A stretch of DNA of 64,000 bases, from the NCBI GenBank assembly GCA_018650445.1, contig JABIFX010000253.1, positions 65,136 through 129,135 of the forward strand. The letters run 5' to 3'. The translations under genes were made by a program, and so were the position numbers. Origin of the DNA: Fidelibacterota bacterium (lineage in GTDB: Bacteria > Fidelibacterota > UBA8477 > JABMPR01). This document shows positions 36,648 through 45,461 of the stretch, one piece after another. Every line of letters begins with the position of its first letter. The stretch's first letter is position 1. The notes below the pieces were generated by a model that did no database searches, was not told where the DNA came from, and worked only from the letters and a program-made list of their open reading frames with translations.

Positions 36648-38676
36648 CTGCCCCTGCTTCCACGGTTGGTTCTGGTAAATCCATGGCATCCATGACATAA
36701 TCAATGATATCCATGACTGCCATATCTGCTTCATGTCCCGATGTTTTTACTGCATCAGCATACATGGTCATGTCCTTGGGACAGGCCACGGTGAAATTAT
36801 TCACACCCACCGAAACGGCTTCTTCGATCCGATTTTCACTGGGTCGCTGATTCATATCCTCATGATCAGGCATCCATACCCGACCACCACCGGCACCACA
36901 GCAAAAACTGTTTTCCTTGTTACGGGGCATTTCAACAGTTTCGACACCACATAACTTCATGACTTCTCTGGGGGCATCATAAACACCATTGTAGCGACCG
37001 AGGTAACAGGGATCGTGATAGGTGGCCTTCATTCCCAAATTCTTCTTTAGTTTGATCTCGTCCTGTTGAATTAAGTCCAATAGCAAAGATGAATAATGTT
37101 TGACTTCAAACTCTCCACCAAGCTTTGGATATTCATTCTTAAGAGTATTAAATGTATGGGGATCTGTGGTAAAGATTTCTTCAAAATCACACTTTTGGAT
37201 GGATTCAATATTCTGTTCTGCCAGCACCTCAAAGAGTCCTTCTTCACCGACTCTGCGAACATCATTTCCTGCTGATTTCTCTCCTTTACCCATGATACCA
37301 AAATCAATTCCGGCTGCATTCAACACCTGGGCGACTTTGCGGGTGGTATCTTGACAATTCTGATTAAAACTGGCAAAATCTCCTACATACCACAGGTATT
37401 TTACTGGTTCCTTTGTCGCATCTTTGATTTTGAAATCCAATTCCTTGGACCATTTGGAGCGTTTACGGGCAGACTCATTAAATGAATTCCCCTGTTCATC
37501 CAGACTGCGCAAGACATCAGCCAGTTCATCAGGCATTTTTGCATCAAATACTTGTTTCCGACGAAGCTCCACGATATCCATCAAAGGTTCATTACCTACG
37601 GGACAGACTTGTACACAAGCATAACAAGTGGTACAGGACCAGAGTGCATCATCAGAAATGGCGTAATCCAGCATGGGTAGGTCTGCACTTCCATTGATAA
37701 CATCCGTGGCTTTATCCCGCACAAAATAGCGCTTGTTGATTTCAAGTGCGGACGGGCTGAGCGGCGTACCACTCTCATGGGCCGGGCAAACTTCATGACA
37801 ACGGGTACACATGATACAAGCCCATGTATCCAGGACTTGCGGCCAGGGTAAATCTGTGAGCGTTGTAGCTCCAGGAGATGTCGGATCCGAGATGGCATCC
37901 ATGGCTCCTCGGGGTGTCTGGCGACCTAAGGCCAGGTTCACCGGGGCAATCATCATATGAATGTGCTTAGAACTGGGGAAATAAGGAAGAAAGACCACAA
38001 TAAGACCCATGGCCAGCCACCAGGTTACATGGATACCTGTTTCCAGGGCACCTGGGGACCAGCTAGTGAATAATCCTGAAAGGATACTTGCTGTGGGTAA
38101 CCAGGCATCTGTATGACCATTTTCTGCTAAATGAAGGGCGGTTCCCATCCAACGAGATCCCACGTGGATCAAAATAAAAATGCCTACGATAAGTGAGTCT
38201 TTTTTGACACCACCAGCCGCCACATTGGGGTGGAGTTTTACATTGGCATTAAATTCCAAAACCTTGGGTTTTTTAATAAAGCGACGGTAGAGGAAAAAAA
38301 GCATCCCTGTTATTACCAGAACACTGAACAGGTCTGCAAAAAGATTAAATACTCCTGCAATGGAACCAGCACCGATGGTGGTCCAACCAGCCACATAGGC
38401 TTCCAGAATATCGTTCACATTCACCAGCAGATAAAAACTAAAACCAAAGAATATGAAGCTATGCATAAAACTTACAAATGGTCTGGCTTTAGAGATTGTT
38501 TTTTGGAGTCCGATTTCGATTAGAGTAGTGACAAAGCGACTGATAAGTTTATCAAACCTATCCATCTTGCCACCACGCGAAACGATTTGATAGATTTGTC
38601 TAAATCTACCAAAGGCCAGACTCAGGCAAACAATGACTAATACAATAAATCCAATTTGTTCATAGGTTGATAGCAT
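36625..38676 (-). CDS. membrane-anchored HdrD-like Fe-S oxidoreductase (N-terminal multi-TM His-rich domain + 2x[4Fe-4S] + 2 CCG domains; Etf:quinone oxidoreductase EtfD/EMO-like or DsrMK-like)
   Basis: 683 aa. The N-terminal ~250 aa has about 5-6 TM helices with conserved-looking His ('FMHSFIFFG', 'LIHVGSRW', 'GIHVTWWL', 'KHIHMM'). The rest has 'CIMCTRCHEVCP', 'CTTCYACVQVCP', 'YHDPCYLGRYNG' and 'FCCGAGGG'. Confidence 0.75.
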   Translation of the reverse strand: MLSTYEQIGFIVLVIVCLSLAFGRFRQIYQIVSRGGKMDRFDKLISRFVTTLIEIGLQKTISKARPFVSFMHSFIFFGFSFYLLVNVNDILEAYVAGWTTIGAGSIAGVFNLFADLFSVLVITGMLFFLYRRFIKKPKVLEFNANVKLHPNVAAGGVKKDSLIVGIFILIHVGSRWMGTALHLAENGHTDAWLPTASILSGLFTSWSPGALETGIHVTWWLAMGLIVVFLPYFPSSKHIHMMIAPVNLALGRQTPRGAMDAISDPTSPGATTLTDLPWPQVLDTWACIMCTRCHEVCPAHESGTPLSPSALEINKRYFVRDKATDVINGSADLPMLDYAISDDALWSCTTCYACVQVCPVGNEPLMDIVELRRKQVFDAKMPDELADVLRSLDEQGNSFNESARKRSKWSKELDFKIKDATKEPVKYLWYVGDFASFNQNCQDTTRKVAQVLNAAGIDFGIMGKGEKSAGNDVRRVGEEGLFEVLAEQNIESIQKCDFEEIFTTDPHTFNTLKNEYPKLGGEFEVKHYSSLLLDLIQQDEIKLKKNLGMKATYHDPCYLGRYNGVYDAPREVMKLCGVETVEMPRNKENSFCCGAGGGRVWMPDHEDMNQRPSENRIEEAVSVGVNNFTVACPKDMTMYADAVKTSGHEADMAVMDIIDYVMDAMDLPEPTVEAGADEAAIQV

Positions 38677-38798
38677 TAGGACTGACTCCTGTGTTAATAA
38701 CTTTGTTTAAGATTAATCACTACGAGGTTGAGAGTTGCTGATAGCTCTCTTCCCCACTTTACCCTTCGTGTTGATAAAACTGGGAAATATCTAAAGAC

Positions 38799-39020
38799 TT
38801 AAGTCTGTGAGGAGGACTCTTCTTTCTTGGCGGTACTAAGTTTGAGGGGCCAGTACAGTGGGCAAAAGCTCATGAAGCTGGTAAGCAGAAAAATAACTGC
38901 TACAGCGCCTAAAACGATAGCTGCCGTTCCACTGATTTGATCCATGAAATATAACACTCCAATTAATACTGCCAGAGTTGCCCGAATCGCTCGATCGATT
39001 GAACCCATATTTGTTGGCAT
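38799..39020 (-). CDS. DUF2892-family small membrane protein (YgaP C-terminal-domain-like)
   Basis: 73 aa. 'MGSIDRAIRATLAVLIGVLYF' and '...FCPLYWPL' are typical of DUF2892. Two TM helices. Confidence 0.65.
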   Translation of the reverse strand: MPTNMGSIDRAIRATLAVLIGVLYFMDQISGTAAIVLGAVAVIFLLTSFMSFCPLYWPLKLSTAKKEESSSQT

Positions 39021-39176
39021 AATTTTCTTCCTTCTTTTTATTGCGTATACCGGACTATTAAAAATTCTCTATGAGCCAGACGACTGAAAAAATCAACCCA
39101 AGACAAACCACGCATACGGCGAGCAGTTTTAGGGCTTTTTTACCTGCTGAATCGTCACTTGGATGTCCCTGATCTG

Positions 39177-40121
39177 TCAATCCAATTCCTCTAATAGTTC
39201 TTCCACTACATCAAACAAATCTTCCGTCATTCCATAATGAGCGACGTCAAAAATAGGTGCGTTCTTATCTGTGTTGATGGCAATGATCGTAGATGTCGCT
39301 TTCATACCTTCGATATGCTCTGGAGCACCAGAAATACCCAGCGCGATATACACCTTCGGTTTTACCTTCATGCCGGATTTTCCAACCTGGTGAGATTTTG
39401 ACATCCAACCTGCATCAACGATAGGACGGGAGCAGGCAATATCTGCTTCCAGAGCTTCTGCCAGCTCTTCAGCAACTTCGATATCATCTTTACTGCCAAT
39501 ACCCCGGCCAACAGCCACCAGAATATCACTCTGAGTGATATCAACATCAGCTGCCTCTGGCTCAATCAATTGTTTAAAGCGAACCTTTCCGGCTCCGGCC
39601 TCAACTGCTGATGCTTCCACGGCTGGTGACCCGGAAACTCTCCCGGTATCCGCATTGAATGATCCTGCCAGAACCATAGAAATGAGGGCTCCATCCACAC
39701 TGCTAACAACATTCATTTTGCCACCATACATTTGACTTGTACAGGTAAATCCACCTCCTGCAGCCACGATATCTGCACAAAAACTTACAGTAGGAATATC
39801 GAGTGCTGTAGAAACAGGATTTGCTATATCAATCCCCATCGATGTAGAACCAATCATGATCAGATCTGGAGAATTTGCTGAAACGACAGATTTTACTGCT
39901 GCAGCGTATGCTTCAGGATTATAGTCATCACCAACTTCAGCCGTAATGACTGTATCCGCTGCTCCCATTTGATCGGTTTGACCACTCATACTGCCAAAGA
40001 CCATAGCTGAACATGACCCACCAGTAGATTGTGCAATTTCTTTGGCCTTCCCCAACATTTCAAATGTGATATCCTGGAATTCACCCTTCAGGTGTTCGGT
40101 TACAACGAGAATGTTAGCCAT
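39177..40121 (-). CDS. etfA: electron transfer flavoprotein, alpha subunit
   Basis: 314 aa. The C-terminal FAD domain reads 'VAVGRGIG...CSRPIVDAGW...QVGKSGMKVKPKVYIALGISGAPEHIEGM'. The start overlaps the etfB stop (TGATG). Confidence 0.9.
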   Translation of the reverse strand: MANILVVTEHLKGEFQDITFEMLGKAKEIAQSTGGSCSAMVFGSMSGQTDQMGAADTVITAEVGDDYNPEAYAAAVKSVVSANSPDLIMIGSTSMGIDIANPVSTALDIPTVSFCADIVAAGGGFTCTSQMYGGKMNVVSSVDGALISMVLAGSFNADTGRVSGSPAVEASAVEAGAGKVRFKQLIEPEAADVDITQSDILVAVGRGIGSKDDIEVAEELAEALEADIACSRPIVDAGWMSKSHQVGKSGMKVKPKVYIALGISGAPEHIEGMKATSTIIAINTDKNAPIFDVAHYGMTEDLFDVVEELLEELD

Positions 40122-40867
40122 CAGGCCACCCCCTTATCTTTCAATACGGCCATTAAGGCTTCAACATCATCCAGCATTTTAGCTCCCAAACCCTTTTCAG
40201 GTGCGGCCATACTGCTAATGGCACTTCCAGCTCCAGCCCCTAAATCACCGGCATCCATTTCCTGGATGGTTTCAGTTTGTTGGATTTGTCTCACTTTACT
40301 CACTGGAGCATAGCGAGGTGCTTGAGCCGCAGCTTGAATCCCCAACACTGCAGGAAGATCTACTTCAAACTCGCCCAACATACCGCCAGAGTATTCCTTC
40401 TGTACTGTAGCCTGTCCACCAGAGACGCTAACACCAGCCACGACACTGATGCAGGGGACTGATAGATATTCAGCCATAATGGGTCCCAAATGACCATCGC
40501 GACCATCAGCAGATTGCACTCCTGCCATAACCAGATCAAAACCCTCTGTGGCAACAGCATTGGCAAATGCTTTGGCTAATTGATGTATATCTGTGGGGCT
40601 GCTACCGTTTAATTTGATCGCCTTGTTTGCACCTTTGGCAATGGCAGTAAATAACATTTTGTCGACATCTTCCCCGTCAAAAGCCATTGCAACCACCTCG
40701 TCAGCCGCACCACTCTCTTTTAAGAGCAGCGCTTCCTCGAGTGCTTGATCGTCAAATTCATTTAATTTTAACTTGACCTCTTCAGCATCCAGAGCTTTTC
40801 CAGTGGCATCCACCTCCAGGTCTTCTACCAGGTCTGGTACTTGTTTTAAAGGCACGACGATCTTCAT
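40121..40867 (-). CDS. etfB: electron transfer flavoprotein, beta subunit
   Basis: 248 aa. 'MKIVVPLKQVPDLVEDLEVD' and 'DLVMAGVQSADGRDGHLGPIMAEYL' are typical of EtfB. GGAG SD upstream. Confidence 0.9.
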   Translation of the reverse strand: MKIVVPLKQVPDLVEDLEVDATGKALDAEEVKLKLNEFDDQALEEALLLKESGAADEVVAMAFDGEDVDKMLFTAIAKGANKAIKLNGSSPTDIHQLAKAFANAVATEGFDLVMAGVQSADGRDGHLGPIMAEYLSVPCISVVAGVSVSGGQATVQKEYSGGMLGEFEVDLPAVLGIQAAAQAPRYAPVSKVRQIQQTETIQEMDAGDLGAGAGSAISSMAAPEKGLGAKMLDDVEALMAVLKDKGVA

Positions 40868-40881
40868 ATTTCTCTCCTCAT

Positions 40882-41112
40882 TTACTTCATACGCTGGATA
40901 AAAAAGTTTCTCGTATCACCAGCTTCTTCTATATCTAATAATTTCTGTCCGGACGACCTGCACCAGGCGTTGATATCAGGGACTGATCAGGGGTGAGCAC
41001 TACTCAACTGAAGAACGCCCCCGATAGGGAGATTCCTCAAAGCCTGCCAGGATCGAATCACTGGCATACCCATTCCACAAGGTCCCGTATCAATGTGCAA
41101 ATCTACTTTCAT
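40882..41112 (-). CDS. TusA/SirA-fold small protein (76 codons) interrupted by one in-frame TGA at codon 42 (plus-strand 40987..40989): candidate selenoprotein or recent pseudogene
   Basis: Found by hand; it is below the ORF-track size cutoff. The ATG at 41112 overlaps the upstream stop (TGATG). Translation is MKVDLHIDTGPCGMGMPVIRSWQALRNLPIGGVLQLSSAHP-TGA-SVPDINAWCRSSGQKLLDIEEAGDTRNFFIQRMK-TAA. This aligns without gaps to the TusA at 47408..47644 (ELDCKGMNCPLPILKTKKQIDTMGSGEVLKMIATDPGSINDMTSWTKRTGNELL...YVFFIKKT). The natural stop lies 14 nt before the etfB ATG. Confidence 0.55.
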
Positions 41113-42410
41113 CAGGCAGTGTCTTCGCCTTCACTCATGCAATAATCAAGAATTTCAATGATATCCATGACCAGTAGCTTACCATCATTATTTGTAGATT
41201 TAACAGCATCTTCAAAACGTGAGACTTCATAGGGGCAGCAGACAGCTAATATCTCAGCACCTACTTCCACAGCTTCCTTGACCCGGTTTTCCGATAGACG
41301 TTCAGCAGAGTTATCCGCCATGAGTCCATCCAACCACATGCCTCCACCACCTCCACCGCAGCAATAGGCTTGTTCTTTGTTTCGATACATTTCCATATAT
41401 TCGATCTCAGGGACGGCATTCAAAAGAGTGCGCGGGGCATTGTATTCGCCATTATGACGACCTAAATAGCAGGGATCATGAAAAGTAACCTTCTTGGGGA
41501 AGGGCCGTTTCATCAGCTTGGCTAAATCATCAACCCGTTCTTCCAGGAGTTGGGTATAGTGCTGTAAATTGTATTCTTTTCCGGTAACAGCAGGGTAGAA
41601 ATTCTTAAAAGCATTGTAAGCATGGGGATCACTGACGACCAATTTGTTATGTTCATATTTATCAAACTGGATTCCATTATGTTCTGCCAATTCTTCAAAT
41701 AAACCGGATTCACCCACCAGACGCTGAGAATCACCATCACATTTTTCTTCTTTTCCCAGGATGCCAAAATCAATCCCCAAACGATTAAACACTCGTACAG
41801 TTGCTTTGGCGGCATCATTTCCACGATTGTGGTAGGAGAAGTAATCACTGACGTACCATAAAACATCTACTGGCTCTGGGTCCGTTTCTTTTGACAAATC
41901 GCGAACGGGTTCTTCAAATTTGCGTAGCCATCCCACTCGTTTACGGGCTGATTCGCCCATAGGATTGCCATATTCAGCAACATTCTGCAACATGTCCTGT
42001 ATTTCACCAGGAACATTGCCATTCAATACTGCCTGTTCTCTGGCTGCAGGGATAATCTGAATCATATCGACTTCTTTTGGACAAACACGAAGACAATTTG
42101 AACAAGTCGTGCACAGCCATAAATCATCATGATCGAAAAAATCCATACCGGTCTGAAGCTTTCGAAAAATTTTGCGTGGTCCATAGCTACCTACATTATC
42201 GACAGGACAAACCCCAATGCATTGGGCACATTGATAGCAGGCATTGATGGATTTAGCACCGGGTAACTCACGTAATTTTTCGAGACCGTCAATATCATAG
42301 GTCAGGATCTCACGGGGTTCATACATCTTGTTCCACTCACCGGATAGATCAACCCCATCTACTACGACATTGTCTTTCTGGACAAATTTTTCATATTTAT
42401 GTTCAGACAT
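41112..42410 (-). CDS. soluble HdrD-like Fe-S protein (2x[4Fe-4S] + 2 CCG domains; HdrC/HdrB fusion type, 'sHdrB3'-like)
   Basis: 432 aa with 'CYQCAQCIGVCP', 'CTTCSNCLRVCP', 'FHDPCYLGRHNG' and 'YCCGGGGG'. It is clearly paralogous to the C-terminal two thirds of 36625..38676. Confidence 0.8.
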   Translation of the reverse strand: MSEHKYEKFVQKDNVVVDGVDLSGEWNKMYEPREILTYDIDGLEKLRELPGAKSINACYQCAQCIGVCPVDNVGSYGPRKIFRKLQTGMDFFDHDDLWLCTTCSNCLRVCPKEVDMIQIIPAAREQAVLNGNVPGEIQDMLQNVAEYGNPMGESARKRVGWLRKFEEPVRDLSKETDPEPVDVLWYVSDYFSYHNRGNDAAKATVRVFNRLGIDFGILGKEEKCDGDSQRLVGESGLFEELAEHNGIQFDKYEHNKLVVSDPHAYNAFKNFYPAVTGKEYNLQHYTQLLEERVDDLAKLMKRPFPKKVTFHDPCYLGRHNGEYNAPRTLLNAVPEIEYMEMYRNKEQAYCCGGGGGGMWLDGLMADNSAERLSENRVKEAVEVGAEILAVCCPYEVSRFEDAVKSTNNDGKLLVMDIIEILDYCMSEGEDTA

Positions 42411-42412
42411 TA

Positions 42413-43168
42413 TTAATTCATCTCCATACTTTTTACCCCAAGAATCTGCTGGGTCAACTCAGTCAGCTCAGGTAATATCCGATTAAATTCTTGGGAAAGT
42501 TTCACGCGAAAAACTGTATACATGTAGACAGCATACACACAGGCAAAAAAGATATCTGTTCCGAATAATCCTGCTCCAGCACTGGAAAAACCAACTCGGT
42601 GCCCTACAGCATTCACCAGCGCGGTGGTTTGTCCTATCTTGACATACAGCTCCCCTGGAGTCTTGGCTTCAAGATCAATATCGTCTTGTAGAACCAGAGA
42701 TAATGCTCCGGTATGTTTCTTGAAATCCCAGATCCAGTTTGTCCAAAGCCAATATTTTTGCGGATTAGAGAAGTGCAATAATTCGCAAATTAGATTGAAG
42801 CGCATCGTATCGTTCATCATTTCCAGTGCCTGACTGGCTTGATTAAATCTGACATCCAGGGCTTCATCGCCGTAGAGTAAAGTTGCCAATGTTTCTCTCA
42901 GGGATTCAATTTCTATCGCCTTCAAGATTTTATTCGCTTTCCGCTTAATGGAAAAAATAGAAGCAATGAGCTGCTTGAATTCATCCGCAGTCAGTTCTGC
43001 AATGTGCTCTTCAGACAACAGCTCTGAAAACAATCTGGCTTTATTCTCCAGGCGTTGCCCGATATCTTCCAGATCAGTGGAAGTTGCCAATTTGGTCGCT
43101 TCTTTCATAAACTCCAAAGCGGCTTCAGAGTCTACAACATCTGCAATATTTACTTTATCGTAGAGCAT
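42413..43168 (-). CDS. hypothetical protein at the 'hyp' position of shdr clusters
   Basis: 251 aa with no motif I recognise. It sits between the HdrA-like and HdrD-like genes (gaps of 0 and 2 nt). Confidence 0.5.
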   Translation of the reverse strand: MLYDKVNIADVVDSEAALEFMKEATKLATSTDLEDIGQRLENKARLFSELLSEEHIAELTADEFKQLIASIFSIKRKANKILKAIEIESLRETLATLLYGDEALDVRFNQASQALEMMNDTMRFNLICELLHFSNPQKYWLWTNWIWDFKKHTGALSLVLQDDIDLEAKTPGELYVKIGQTTALVNAVGHRVGFSSAGAGLFGTDIFFACVYAVYMYTVFRVKLSQEFNRILPELTELTQQILGVKSMEMN

Positions 43169-44236
43169 TTAGGCTGGTTGTAACTCAGATTTTCTTATAA
43201 AACTACAGGCCTTCATCACGGCTGAGCCACCCATGGAAACAGAATCTTCCAAATCAGCTGGACCGGCGGCCGCACCAACAACAAAAACACCAGGGACCGT
43301 GGTTTCAACTGTATTCAAAGCTCCACCAGTAGTTTCTATATAGCCATGTGGTTCGAGGGGTAGCTCGAAGGTATCAGCCATTTCTACGGTTCCATCACTG
43401 GGCTCCATGCCTACTGATAGAATAACTACATCCATGGCAACTTCCATGGGACGACCCATGGTGGTATCTTCACCCTTTACAACCAGCGTGTCACCTCGTT
43501 TTGTTACTTCGGTAACAATACCACGGATAAAATTCACATTATAGTCTTCCTGGGCTTTCCAATAAATTTCATCTTCCCAGAAGCCGTAGGTACGCATATC
43601 GATATAAAAGACAAAAACGCGTGCATCTGGAGCGGCTTCTTTGACTTCAATGGCTTGCTTACAAGCAATGCCGCAGCAGACCTTGGAACACCACTGATTT
43701 CCTATCTGACGATCTCTACTTCCAACACATTGGATAAAACAGACGGTTTTGGGGGCTTCTCCAGTTGACGGTCGGGCAAACTCATCTGCCTTGAGCATTT
43801 TCTCAGCATCCACCAGAGTGATCACATCTTCAAACTCATAGTAACCATACATCTGGGTTTCTTTGCCTGGATCAAAATGTTTGAAGCCTGTGGCAACGAT
43901 GACGCTACCCACTTCTAGAATTTCTTCACCTCCGGCATTTTTCACAGTCACTTCCATATTGGGCGCATCACCCTTGGAACCGACAACCGTGGTACTCAAA
44001 CGAATATCTATAGATGGATTGTCCGTAATAGCAACAATCATCTCACCCATGGCCTCTTCCGGACTGCGCATATCCGGGGTCAAAGCAGCATAGTCGGCTG
44101 AAATAGGCATTCCGCCCAGAAAATCGGCCTTTTCAATCAAAATAGCCTGATACCCGAGATCAGCGATCCCACGCACAGCCTCTAAACCGGCAGGTCCACC
44201 ACCGATAACTAATATTGGTTTACTTGACATCTGCAT
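43169..44236 (-). CDS. hdrA: short HdrA-like FAD/[4Fe-4S] flavoprotein (sHdrA-type)
   Basis: 355 aa with 'ILVIGGGPAGLEA' and 'CFIQCVGSRDRQIGNQWCSKVCCGIAC' (four-Cys cluster motif). It lacks the ferredoxin and MvhD-binding domains of methanogen HdrA. Confidence 0.85.
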   Translation of the reverse strand: MQMSSKPILVIGGGPAGLEAVRGIADLGYQAILIEKADFLGGMPISADYAALTPDMRSPEEAMGEMIVAITDNPSIDIRLSTTVVGSKGDAPNMEVTVKNAGGEEILEVGSVIVATGFKHFDPGKETQMYGYYEFEDVITLVDAEKMLKADEFARPSTGEAPKTVCFIQCVGSRDRQIGNQWCSKVCCGIACKQAIEVKEAAPDARVFVFYIDMRTYGFWEDEIYWKAQEDYNVNFIRGIVTEVTKRGDTLVVKGEDTTMGRPMEVAMDVVILSVGMEPSDGTVEMADTFELPLEPHGYIETTGGALNTVETTVPGVFVVGAAAGPADLEDSVSMGGSAVMKACSFIRKSELQPA

Positions 44237-45428
44237 CCTCCCATGTCATAAAATCCAGTTCTCCACTTTCAATTCTTCCAGCGATGGCTTCAAATTCTCC
44301 CCATGCTTTTTTGTAGTCGATTCCCATCTTTTCCAGCAACGGCTTATTATCAACTCCATGCCAGTGAAGCTGACAAACGTTATACGGATGAGCACCCATG
44401 GCTAAGGCAGCGTACTGTGCATCGGATAGCACAGGAATGCCCACATTTCTACCATGTGCCTTTGCAGCAAATTGGCTTTTATCCAGAGTGGTAACACAAC
44501 CCGTGTCATGGGTCAGGGTCACATCAGGATCCACTTCTTCCTTCATTCGTTCAATTTTTCTAATGGTGGCAAAAGAGCGCGAAAAATCCCTGCTCACCAG
44601 AATATGCCTGAAGCCGAATCCACAGCAATCATGCCAGGTGGAATAATCAGCTGCAGTAGATCCCAGAGCTTCAACCAAGCTGGTTACCACAGCAGTACGT
44701 TGTCCATCATATAATTCGCGGTCATAGATAGCATCCTCTACAACCAGTTTGTGGTAATGACAGGCGGGATGAACTGTGACAGTTAGATCGCTAAAATCCA
44801 GAACCTGTCTTTCTGCAATTCGGTGCCGCATGACATGGATCCATTCAGAGTAATGCACGATCTCTTCTGGGAAGACAAAGGGCATTTTCAATTTGTCCAT
44901 TATGCGACGCACCTGGTCTCTTAGTTCAGGGTGATGTATGATTTCTTCCCGAGTTTCCTTATAATGACCAAAACTGGTTCCACAATGGATCAGGGGGAAA
45001 TATCCATCCTGTTTGGCTTGAGCAAAGTTACGTACAGCTACAGAAGCCTGGGCGGCGGAGTTTGATGTAGAAGAAGCATAGTAATTCCAGGCCGTACAGG
45101 ATGATTGATCCTTGGGATCATAGTAATCCAGACCAAACTGTCTGTGTAGCCAGAAAATGGCTGTTGAATACCCTGGAATATGTCCACACTGTCCGCAGGA
45201 TTTATGATGCCAAGTATGTTCGATGGGTATCTTTTTTTTCCTGCCATATTTGGTCTCTACTTCTTCAAATGGTTCGGGGACTCGGTGTACTTCCAACTCA
45301 CCTTTAGCTTCTAATTCAAAGAGCTTCTCCCGGTAATCTTCCGTAGGTGGTTTGCCCTTACGAACATACTCTCGCATTGGCGACTTTTTCTCGGTATGTA
45401 CTGCCGGTGCTTGGGTTGTCTCTGCCAT
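44220..45428 (-). CDS. hdrB: HdrB-like CCG-domain protein (sHdrB1-type)
   Basis: 402 aa with 'WHDCCGFGFRH', 'HPACHYHK' and 'HDTGCVTT'. It overlaps the hdrA-like start by 17 nt. Confidence 0.8.
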   Translation of the reverse strand: MAETTQAPAVHTEKKSPMREYVRKGKPPTEDYREKLFELEAKGELEVHRVPEPFEEVETKYGRKKKIPIEHTWHHKSCGQCGHIPGYSTAIFWLHRQFGLDYYDPKDQSSCTAWNYYASSTSNSAAQASVAVRNFAQAKQDGYFPLIHCGTSFGHYKETREEIIHHPELRDQVRRIMDKLKMPFVFPEEIVHYSEWIHVMRHRIAERQVLDFSDLTVTVHPACHYHKLVVEDAIYDRELYDGQRTAVVTSLVEALGSTAADYSTWHDCCGFGFRHILVSRDFSRSFATIRKIERMKEEVDPDVTLTHDTGCVTTLDKSQFAAKAHGRNVGIPVLSDAQYAALAMGAHPYNVCQLHWHGVDNKPLLEKMGIDYKKAWGEFEAIAGRIESGELDFMTWEDADVK

Positions 45429-45461
45429 TATATTATTTCCTTGTTGCTAAGCTCTGTTTTA

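Noticed and set aside
36648-36734. N-terminal extension of the LbpA ORF (track start 36734)
   Set aside because: It would overlap the upstream membrane HdrD-like gene by 110 nt, and it encodes a Trp/Gln-rich peptide unlike GcvH N-termini. The internal ATG at 36647 gives a standard-length GcvH-like protein.
40987-40989. Genome-wide reassignment of UGA (e.g. UGA=Gly, which would fit the Gly/Ala consensus at this TusA position)
   Set aside because: TGA ends etfA, the HdrD-like gene, LbpA copy 1, the ligase-like gene at 35089 and others at natural C-termini, followed by properly spaced downstream starts. UGA is therefore an ordinary stop in this genome. Only local recoding (Sec or readthrough) or a mutation remains possible.
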